Virus record (IMG/VR): IMGVR_UViG_3300033148_006964 | Span: 64,001 to 128,000 of that record | From: a virus | Strand: one strand, 5' to 3' | DNA: 64,000 nucleotides | Shown: in pieces, positions 29,282-37,233 of the stretch | How the letters are laid out: each line of letters starts with the position of its first letter | Numbering within the stretch: position 1 is the stretch's first letter | Notes under the pieces: model-generated | What the model was told of the DNA's origin: nothing | Database searches by the model: none | Seen by the model: only the letters and a program-made list of their open reading frames with translations | Program-made: the position numbers and the translations under genes

Positions 29282-31180
29282 TTAAGAATGAAGCGGAATC
29301 GCATCCGCTAAAATATTATCAAATTTTTTTTCTGCCTCAGATATTTTATTGAGGATCTTATTAATATCTTTATTTCTATCAGCATTGTTCGCTACTTCTT
29401 CACTTACTTCAGGCCACCTATCTATATAAGCTCCTGCAGCATCATCAGTGTTAGCTGTTTGCAAAAAAAGCATCAATTGAAAAATTATTTCATACAGATC
29501 TCTTCGTATGTAAGAATCGGCCATACTTTTTACTAAATTACCAAGACACATATGTCCATCTGAAAAAATATGTGGTGCTTGCATTTCTGTTTCAAGAGCC
29601 TCTATTTGATGTTTAGTGTTATAAATACGAATAGTGTTATTTTCATCATACCTTTCATCTAACATTCCAATTTTTATATGAAAAGTACCAATATCATGCC
29701 AACAGTTAGATCTATTATCTTGAGCATATAAATTATGAGTATATACATTAATTTTTCCATCTTTTATATTAATAGAACTTACTTCGTCAAGAGCTATGGT
29801 TTCGTTATAGTTATATAAAGCTTTTTCTTTTTCTTTTTTTTTCATATCAACTTCATCGAATGCGTCAATTTGATTCATATACTTCATCATCATCTTACCG
29901 CTTTCCATAGCTTTATTAAAATGCATTTCATAATCTTGTTTAGATTTTTCTTTTAATGTAGTAATCTCTTTCAAGATGCTTATGGCATTTTTAACTGAAA
30001 AATTTACATATTCCTCCTTATTCATTTGAGCTATATTATTATAATAGCCTAAATCAATCTTAAAAAGATCTTCATATTTAATATCATTATTAATTCTTCT
30101 TACAAATTCTTTAAATATTAACGATGAAGACTCATTTTCTCCAAAATAAACCATAGGATATAAAAATGTAATAAAGCATCTATCCTTAAGTGCCCATATA
30201 ACATTTGTAATAAAATCTTTAAAAATAAAATCAAATTTAGCATACGGTGAATTGGATTCATTTTTTAATATTTCTTCTATATCATTATATTTTTCAGTCT
30301 CTCTAAGCTCTTGAATTTCAGAATTTATTTCAGAAGAATGTAATACATGTAAATTTTTAATTGTATGACCAAAACATAATGCTTTACACCCAGGAGGCAC
30401 TTCTTTAAATTTAGAATTATCATACGGAACAAGAGATATTATTAACGTATGCTTTTCTATTTCTTTTAAATTAAATTCATTACTATCAAACAATGTTTTA
30501 AAATTATAAACTCCATTTGTAAGGAAAATAATATTTTTATTAGTTTTTTTTACTAAATTTACTACTTCCTTTTCTTGCGGGACATCACCAGTGCCGTATA
30601 TTATTACTTTACGATTTATTTTTTTTATTTCATCGTTACGTATAATAACCTGTGGACTTGCAAAATTTTCTGTAAACTTTACAAAAAATAAATCTATTTC
30701 TTTTTTTAATGGGTCTTCAAAAGTTGGTTGTTCTTCTTCATTTAATACCGCAGGAGTTGTATTAATTATATCACCTATTATATCCTCTTCTGAATCTTTA
30801 TGTTCATCATCAACAAAAAGATTTAATACAAAATCTTTAAAATCTGAAAGATCAAATCTGTTCGTTCCAATACCAAGATCTTTAATATTACGATATTGAT
30901 CGGTATTCTTTGTAGCTTCAGATGTTAATGCGTCTAATACATCGTCATCGGCATAATATTTATGTAACAATATCATCATTCCATTAATATTTGAAGCATA
31001 GTGCGTTGGACTAAGCACAGATAGATCATCTGACGCTACAAAATAATTAAGGATAATATCACTTATTTCATTAAAATCTTTTTCATTAATAGCAGCGGCT
31101 TCTCCACCATTATTCAATGCATATGGAATAAAATCAATATCAAGGAATTCTGCTAACCATTTTTCTATAAATCCATACAT
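29282..31180 (-). CDS. Second prokaryotic E2-like protein with a long N-terminal region and coiled coil
   Basis: C-terminal APHIFSDGHMCLGN motif. Confidence 0.65.
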   Translation of the reverse strand: MYGFIEKWLAEFLDIDFIPYALNNGGEAAAINEKDFNEISDIILNYFVASDDLSVLSPTHYASNINGMMILLHKYYADDDVLDALTSEATKNTDQYRNIKDLGIGTNRFDLSDFKDFVLNLFVDDEHKDSEEDIIGDIINTTPAVLNEEEQPTFEDPLKKEIDLFFVKFTENFASPQVIIRNDEIKKINRKVIIYGTGDVPQEKEVVNLVKKTNKNIIFLTNGVYNFKTLFDSNEFNLKEIEKHTLIISLVPYDNSKFKEVPPGCKALCFGHTIKNLHVLHSSEINSEIQELRETEKYNDIEEILKNESNSPYAKFDFIFKDFITNVIWALKDRCFITFLYPMVYFGENESSSLIFKEFVRRINNDIKYEDLFKIDLGYYNNIAQMNKEEYVNFSVKNAISILKEITTLKEKSKQDYEMHFNKAMESGKMMMKYMNQIDAFDEVDMKKKEKEKALYNYNETIALDEVSSINIKDGKINVYTHNLYAQDNRSNCWHDIGTFHIKIGMLDERYDENNTIRIYNTKHQIEALETEMQAPHIFSDGHMCLGNLVKSMADSYIRRDLYEIIFQLMLFLQTANTDDAAGAYIDRWPEVSEEVANNADRNKDINKILNKISEAEKKFDNILADAIPLHS

Positions 31181-31242
31181 AATAATGCACTCCTATTTAA
31201 ATAAAGGTTTAAAATTTTATGATAAATATTTCTATCATTGTA

Positions 31243-31271
31243 GTTATTACAGAAAAATGATTTGAATAACT
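31243..31271 (-). promoter_or_regulatory. Phage promoter P1 (AGTTAT-N17-AATAAC, extended TG) upstream of the Ubl operon
   Basis: One of seven copies with identical 17-nt spacing. Confidence 0.6.
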
Positions 31272-31272
31272 A

Positions 31273-31611
31273 TTAAACTGCATGATGAGCGCTTTTAATA
31301 GTTTCTTTTTCCATATTAAGTTTTTGTTTTATCGCTATCCACTCAGCCCATGAAAAACAAACCATAGCTTTTGTACCACATGAATTAAGTTTTTTAATTC
31401 TTAAAATTTGTAATCTAGAGGCTTTACCATTAAATCTTTTAGTTTCTATAAAAACTCCGCCAGTTAAAGCTGTTGAAAAGAATATATCTGGAAAGCCGTT
31501 ATCACTTGCTCTCATAATCTTAGTACATGTGCAATATTTTCCTAATGATCTTAAATCATTTAATATTTTTGTTTGGAGGTCTGATTCTTTTTCCATATTG
31601 TTGTAATCCAT
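31273..31611 (-). CDS. VRR-NUC domain nuclease
   Basis: ESDLQ..I...PDI...FIETK...S.LQ motifs. Confidence 0.85.
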   Translation of the reverse strand: MDYNNMEKESDLQTKILNDLRSLGKYCTCTKIMRASDNGFPDIFFSTALTGGVFIETKRFNGKASRLQILRIKKLNSCGTKAMVCFSWAEWIAIKQKLNMEKETIKSAHHAV

Positions 31612-31690
31612 TTAATTAATTTAACTATATATGTGTAAGATGCATATTTTCCATTTCTAAGTCTTGGTTGATATTTATTTTTAAAGCTAT

Positions 31691-32014
31691 TCATTTTTTT
31701 CCTCTAAATTTTTGCGTAATACGACGTACTGTTGTGACTGATATTTTTAATCTTCTAGCTATTTCAAAACCTGTTAATCCTTGTTTGTTTAATTCTATAA
31801 TTTTTTTATTTCTTTGTTTTTTATTATTCGCAAGCGGTATAATACCTAATTCTTTTCTAACTCTATATACAGCTTGTCTGGTTACTCCAAGAATATCACC
31901 AATAGCTTTATCTGTACGATAAAGTGATTGCATTCTTTTTATATACATCGGTGTAACGATTCCAACTGTACCTAATTTCATGACAGCATCTCCTTCAATA
32001 AAAACTACCCACAT
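31691..32014 (-). CDS. Double helix-turn-helix DNA-binding protein
   Basis: DKAIGDILGVTRQAVYRVR and GFEIARRLKISVTTVRR; true start probably 31981. Confidence 0.75.
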   Translation of the reverse strand: MWVVFIEGDAVMKLGTVGIVTPMYIKRMQSLYRTDKAIGDILGVTRQAVYRVRKELGIIPLANNKKQRNKKIIELNKQGLTGFEIARRLKISVTTVRRITQKFRGKK

Positions 32015-32055
32015 TAAAATGTGGGTAGTGAATTTATTTGTAAAGCAAATTAAAA

Positions 32056-32367
32056 TTAACTCATATTTTTTAAATCTGAATTTTCTTTCTTTAACTGTTT
32101 AATTTCTTTAACTAAATCAGTCGGTGTAGGTTTTCTTAATTCGTCTTTTGTAATTAATTCATGATTACCTTTAATCGCTCCACAGCATACATCTTCAGGG
32201 CTTATTTTTCCATCTTTTATAAGATCACTTAAAGCGATACTTACTTTTGGAGATTCTGTATTTGTACTAATTAATTTAACTCCTTCACCATCCTTGATAA
32301 TAAAAGTTAGTAATCTTCCTTTTCCTCTTGTGTTTTTTACAGGTTCTTCTGAGTTACCATGTCCCAT
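32056..32367 (-). CDS. Hypothetical protein
   Basis: 103-aa ORF with a GGAG RBS. Confidence 0.65.
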   Translation of the reverse strand: MGHGNSEEPVKNTRGKGRLLTFIIKDGEGVKLISTNTESPKVSIALSDLIKDGKISPEDVCCGAIKGNHELITKDELRKPTPTDLVKEIKQLKKENSDLKNMS

Positions 32368-32413
32368 TGTGTTACTCCTTCAATAAAGTTAAAAAAAATC
32401 CTATTATAGGATG

Positions 32414-32668
32414 TTAATTCTTTTTTCTTGCCCAACTTATTATAAGTTTGCGAGACCTAATGTTTAAATCGTTATTATTTTCAATTGCATTTATAGCATC
32501 CTGATCTTCAGCCATTGTAACAAAACCAAACCCTTTAGATTTTTTGGTTTCCTTGTCCTTAACAATAAAAGCCTCTTCTACAGATCCAACATTAGTTTCA
32601 AAAACTTCTTTTAATTCATTCGCAGTAGTATCATAAGGAATGTTTCCTATGTATAACTTTTTTGCCAT
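32414..32668 (-). CDS. RRM RNA-binding protein
   Basis: RNP2 LYIGNI and RNP1 KGFGFVTM; start at 32668 (MAKKLY) after an AAGGA RBS. Confidence 0.92.
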   Translation of the reverse strand: MAKKLYIGNIPYDTTANELKEVFETNVGSVEEAFIVKDKETKKSKGFGFVTMAEDQDAINAIENNNDLNIRSRKLIISWARKKN

Positions 32669-32810
32669 GTTTTTACATCCTTTAAATGAAGAGAAAGAAA
32701 AAGAGAGAGAAATTAAAACCTCTCCCTCTTCTTCTAACAGCAAATGGCCAATTAAGACCAATTAGTACTTTTAAATAAAAAAAAATATGTTATTTATTTC
32801 ATTCAATATA

Positions 32811-32839
32811 GTTATATCATAAACATAGTAAAAATAACA
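32811..32839 (-). promoter_or_regulatory. Phage promoter P2 (TGTTAT-N17-TATAAC)
   Basis: Repeated motif with an extended TG. Confidence 0.7.
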
Positions 32840-32856
32840 TATATTTTTTATTTTTA

Positions 32857-33468
32857 TTAAAGAAAACTTTTACTAACTCCATCAACAAGAGACCTTAATG
32901 TTCCAGGGACATATGCATTTTTACCATATGCTATTAACCTTTTAGCTGTCTTACAACCTTCGGGTGAAGTTGCTTTTTTAGCTAAAAGTTTTATGCAAAA
33001 ATTCATATCATCCGCTTCTCCAGCTGATAACGACATACGCGGTATAATAAAATTAGCAGCATCTTTACTTTTCATAGCCGACCTTTTAATATACCCCATT
33101 TCAATAGCGCCAAGAATACGATCAAACTCTTTAGGATTTTTATTAAATCTTTTCTTCATACGATTAATGACTCTTGGATTTATTCTAAATTCCAATGTTT
33201 TATCTTTTAATCGTTCGTTATAACGTTTTTCTTTATCTTTATTTGAAGTACCTTTGGCAATATACTTCATATCCTTCATAGTTAGAACTGAATCTGAAGG
33301 ATCACTATAAAAATATTCTACTCTTGCATAATCTTTTTGGATTAATTTTGTTATGTAGAATTTAGAATAACGGTTTGGATAAAGACTAACGAGCTTGGCG
33401 TATTCTTCAACTAGTTTATAAGGCATTCTTTCTCTTTTTAAACTAGAATCTTTTTTTTTAATCTGCAT
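32857..33468 (-). CDS. Hypothetical basic protein
   Basis: 203-aa ORF with a GGAG RBS. Confidence 0.7.
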   Translation of the reverse strand: MQIKKKDSSLKRERMPYKLVEEYAKLVSLYPNRYSKFYITKLIQKDYARVEYFYSDPSDSVLTMKDMKYIAKGTSNKDKEKRYNERLKDKTLEFRINPRVINRMKKRFNKNPKEFDRILGAIEMGYIKRSAMKSKDAANFIIPRMSLSAGEADDMNFCIKLLAKKATSPEGCKTAKRLIAYGKNAYVPGTLRSLVDGVSKSFL

Positions 33469-33476
33469 ATTTGCTC

Positions 33477-33953
33477 CTATCTGTTTAATGCTCCATTTAA
33501 ATAAGTGGTGATATCAAAAAGAGACGCCTTTATAGCAACAATATCATTGCTGGTTTTATTAAAGTTAGCATTATTTTCATCAATACTAGCTTTTATATTT
33601 TCAAAATCAGGCATCATAGGGATGATATCATCCTTCTTATTAAGCTTTGTTCCGGCAACTTTTTTTGGCCGAATTTTATTACGGTCTTTTCCTCTCCAAT
33701 ATTCACGATTATACATTGCAATTTGTTTTGCTGTATCTATAGTAGGTTTTACGGTATTCCATACATAACGATCGTTAACCTTTTTAACGATATTATGTTT
33801 AATAAGAATTGTGCCCTTTATATTATTAAGACCTTTAACAAATTTAGTTGTTGAACTAATCTTGTTAGCTGTCAACAACTTTACTAAACCTTTAAGTTGA
33901 GTTAATAATTCTTTTATTTTTTCAGGCTGGAAAGGCTTTTCTTTTGTAGTCAT
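33477..33953 (-). CDS. Hypothetical protein
   Basis: 158-aa ORF with an AGGAG RBS. Confidence 0.7.
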   Translation of the reverse strand: MTTKEKPFQPEKIKELLTQLKGLVKLLTANKISSTTKFVKGLNNIKGTILIKHNIVKKVNDRYVWNTVKPTIDTAKQIAMYNREYWRGKDRNKIRPKKVAGTKLNKKDDIIPMMPDFENIKASIDENNANFNKTSNDIVAIKASLFDITTYLNGALNR

Positions 33954-33974
33954 AATATGACTCCTTTTTTTAAT

Positions 33975-34010
33975 AAAAAAAGCAAGCTAGTAAATACTAA
34001 CTTGCTTTTT
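33975..34010. terminator. Bidirectional-type terminator
   Basis: AAAAAAGCAAG/CTTGCTTTTT stem with flanking A and T tracts. Confidence 0.7.
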
Positions 34011-34028
34011 AGTTCTTAGATTAATAAA

Positions 34029-35831
34029 TTATTTTTGTTTGGTTAAAATCTTATCCATTTCTTTTGGACCCTTTTGTAGTACCCTGGCTAACTGTGAAAG
34101 ACTTATTGAAAGATCTTCTTTTAATATTAAAGCTTTAAGAATTATCTCATCAATAGTTTTACTTAATATTAAATCTATTATAGTAACCTTTTCTTTCTGC
34201 CCCTTTCTATGTTGCCTACTTTCGGACTGATCTCTTTCTCTCCAAGAGTAAGAATTGTTAAAATATATTTGATAATTTGAAAAATGTATGTTTAAACCAA
34301 CGCCCATCTTAGACGGGTTAGCTATCATATACGGAATATTTGGATTTTTAAATTTTTCGACTTGATCAAAAGCATCTTGAGTTTTATAACAAGTTAAAAA
34401 CTTATTAGCTCCAAACGCAAACGTAAAAGCCTTTGATAAAAGATCTATAGAATGAATATAACTACTCCATATTATCACTTTACGATTGCTTGGAATATTA
34501 TTTAAAACTTGTATTAATAATTTTATTTTTGGGTTTTCATTTAAAGTGATAATATTTGTATCATTTTTTTTACGCCCTTCATTGTCAACTTTTATACGAG
34601 TGTTCATATAAAATCCGCATGCGATCTGACGTAATTTACCTGCTAAAACTAACGCATTTTTTGCTATTAGTTCGTCTTCGCATGATCTATCACAATTTTC
34701 TTTTTTATTGCAATGATCACACATATTTTTTACAATACCTACTAAATCATCCTTCATTTCATTATAAAGTTTTGCCTGCCCCGGAGCCATATCACATTCA
34801 TACCGTTGATATATTATAGGAGGAAGGTCAAGACATTCTTCTTTTTTAAATGCTACCGATGCATTGCCTATAATTTTTTGTACTAACATTTCTGAACCAG
34901 GATTAGGAACCCAGATATATCCGTCAGGATCTACAGTGCGCATCGTTTGCCTTCTAAACTCATCAAACTTAGCATATGGCACAGTATCTGGCCCCATAAA
35001 TCTAAATGGCATATAAAATGACATCATATTATTAGCATGTAGTGTGCCGGTAACTATATATTTAAATCTACTATTTTCAAATTGTTTAATAATAGATTTT
35101 GTTTGTCTTGATCGTGGTGAACCTATTCTATGAGCTTCATCAAGTATTACTAAGTCAAAATATTTATCATTTATCATCTCTACTACACTAAACATAGATT
35201 CGTAATTAGCAATATAAATATCATAATCAATATTTTTACTTTTAATTTTATAAGTTTTATTTAATATATTATTTGATTGAACCTTTTTATTAAGAATTAC
35301 ACATTTTAAATGTGGAATTTGAATTTTAGCTTCAGCTAATATGTTTTTCTTTAAAGGAGATAGTGTTACAATAAGAGCTCTTTTAACTTTTCCTTGCTGT
35401 ATTTTTTTATCAATAGCCCATAAGTATGGCCCCGTTTTGCATGTTCCAGGATCAGCTAATATAGCTGCGATATTACAATTAGTCATAATATTATACATAA
35501 CAACTTGATGATCTAAAATTTTATCATACACACCTTTATAATCATAATTAAAATTATTAGGTTTCTTATAATCGTTTCTACATTTAATAATAGTAGCTTT
35601 ACGAGTTTTAATATTTTTAATAATATTCATTACAAGTTCTTTAACACCTTCGCCCCACTCAATGCCATATTTAGAATATCTAAATATTTTAGGGCCAGAT
35701 TTGAATGGAATTAAGATTTGATTAAGTCTATAAACCTTACTCCCATCCATCCTGGCTTGCATGTCCTCTAATAATTTTTTATCAGTACATGAGATTAACA
35801 ACCTTTTATCATCTGCAATTTTTATTCTCAT
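34029..35831 (-). CDS. SNF2-like superfamily 2 helicase
   Basis: ADPGTCKT, ILDEAHRI, TGT, GVGLN and QSESRQHRKGQ motifs. Confidence 0.9.
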   Translation of the reverse strand: MRIKIADDKRLLISCTDKKLLEDMQARMDGSKVYRLNQILIPFKSGPKIFRYSKYGIEWGEGVKELVMNIIKNIKTRKATIIKCRNDYKKPNNFNYDYKGVYDKILDHQVVMYNIMTNCNIAAILADPGTCKTGPYLWAIDKKIQQGKVKRALIVTLSPLKKNILAEAKIQIPHLKCVILNKKVQSNNILNKTYKIKSKNIDYDIYIANYESMFSVVEMINDKYFDLVILDEAHRIGSPRSRQTKSIIKQFENSRFKYIVTGTLHANNMMSFYMPFRFMGPDTVPYAKFDEFRRQTMRTVDPDGYIWVPNPGSEMLVQKIIGNASVAFKKEECLDLPPIIYQRYECDMAPGQAKLYNEMKDDLVGIVKNMCDHCNKKENCDRSCEDELIAKNALVLAGKLRQIACGFYMNTRIKVDNEGRKKNDTNIITLNENPKIKLLIQVLNNIPSNRKVIIWSSYIHSIDLLSKAFTFAFGANKFLTCYKTQDAFDQVEKFKNPNIPYMIANPSKMGVGLNIHFSNYQIYFNNSYSWRERDQSESRQHRKGQKEKVTIIDLILSKTIDEIILKALILKEDLSISLSQLARVLQKGPKEMDKILTKQK

Positions 35832-35834
35832 AAG

Positions 35835-36317
35835 CTACACCCAATTGAAGAAACCAGTTTTTAAATGATTATTTTCTACTATACCTACAAATTGTAGGGT
35901 TTTATCTATACTCCATCTTTTAATATCAACAGTAAATCTATATTCTGTGCCTCCATTACTATTTTTAGATGGTTCTGCTTTAAATTCTCCATTTTTTCTT
36001 GCGTTTGCTAATAAAGTTATTATAAATGATTTCATATTAGATGCTAAAAGTAATGATTCGCTTGGAGCATCTTCTTTAAAAACATCTTTATAAATAATGC
36101 TATATTCAAGAGCTAGTTTTTCTAACCGTTCATTAATTTGTTTAAAAGCATGAGCGGTAAACTCTATACCAAACCCTCCATCACTTTCTGGTGATACTAA
36201 ATTTTCTTTAAAATCTGCTATAAGTCTTTTTTTATTATGCAGTTCTATTTCTAAAGAAGCAATCCTGCTTATAGCTTCTGCATATTGAATATATAAATCT
36301 TCTAGTTCTATCATCAT
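35835..36317 (-). CDS. Hypothetical protein
   Basis: 160-aa ORF coupled to its neighbours. Confidence 0.7.
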   Translation of the reverse strand: MMIELEDLYIQYAEAISRIASLEIELHNKKRLIADFKENLVSPESDGGFGIEFTAHAFKQINERLEKLALEYSIIYKDVFKEDAPSESLLLASNMKSFIITLLANARKNGEFKAEPSKNSNGGTEYRFTVDIKRWSIDKTLQFVGIVENNHLKTGFFNWV

Positions 36318-37021
36318 TGCTCCTCGAAAATAATAATTTCGTAGTCATATTCTTCACTTTTTAAGGTTCCGATATATTTATAATTAATAATAAGCTTTTG
36401 TCTACAACTAAGAAAATCAATTACCCCTTTTACAGGATGTGTCCTTACTCCATTTGGCATTTTTTCAAGTGAAAAAATAAATTTTGATGAATTTGCTTTT
36501 GGTGCTATATATGCATATAAAAATCCTTCTTCTACTACTAGATTATTAACTAAACCAAACGAAAGAGTAATGTTATTTATTTTTTTATCTAAATGTTTAT
36601 TTAAATAAGATTTAGGTATAACACATCTTCCGCTTAAAGTAAAATACGGTACTTGTAATTCAGATATTTTTTTAGTATGTATTTTAATTGGTAAAGAAAA
36701 ATCAAGTGGTTTTATTTTAAAAAGCTCATTTTTATTTAAGCTGATTCTATCAATATAATATTTTATTCGTTTTCCAACATAAGGTATTAAACATTGTGGG
36801 GTTCTTATTTTAACGCTTTTATTAATATTAATTTTAGACCATTTTCGGCCCAATGTTTCAAGCATTGAATTATCCGGTCTGTAAACACAGATACACGCAG
36901 AATCTTCTTGCTCTAATTCTACGTTAAATCTTAAGTAGCTTATTTTTAATAATAATATTTTTTCAATAATTTCTTGATCATATATTGTAAAATAGTGACT
37001 TTTAATTTTACATTCTTCCAT
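36314..37021 (-). CDS. Hypothetical protein
   Basis: 235-aa ORF with a GGAGG RBS. Confidence 0.7.
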   Translation of the reverse strand: MEECKIKSHYFTIYDQEIIEKILLLKISYLRFNVELEQEDSACICVYRPDNSMLETLGRKWSKININKSVKIRTPQCLIPYVGKRIKYYIDRISLNKNELFKIKPLDFSLPIKIHTKKISELQVPYFTLSGRCVIPKSYLNKHLDKKINNITLSFGLVNNLVVEEGFLYAYIAPKANSSKFIFSLEKMPNGVRTHPVKGVIDFLSCRQKLIINYKYIGTLKSEEYDYEIIIFEEQ

Positions 37022-37049
37022 ATTTCCTCCGTAATTATAAAGAGGGGCG

Positions 37050-37178
37050 CTAACGTTTAAAACGGCGCCCCACTTTTTTAATTAGTTTACAAGCCAACTT
37101 GATAGCTTCATCTATTACAATTGAATACGTACATATAAAAGCAGATCTATAGGCCGTGTAAAATAATATAGATCGCAT
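37050..37178 (-). CDS. Small 42-aa ORF missed by the track (MRSILFYTAY...)
   Basis: GGGGAG RBS; its 3' end overlaps a GC-rich hairpin. Confidence 0.45.
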   Translation of the reverse strand: MRSILFYTAYRSAFICTYSIVIDEAIKLACKLIKKVGRRFKR

Positions 37179-37233
37179 AAACTCCCCTTTAATAGGCAAC
37201 ATTGCCTCGGGAGATAATATTGCTAATATAGAG

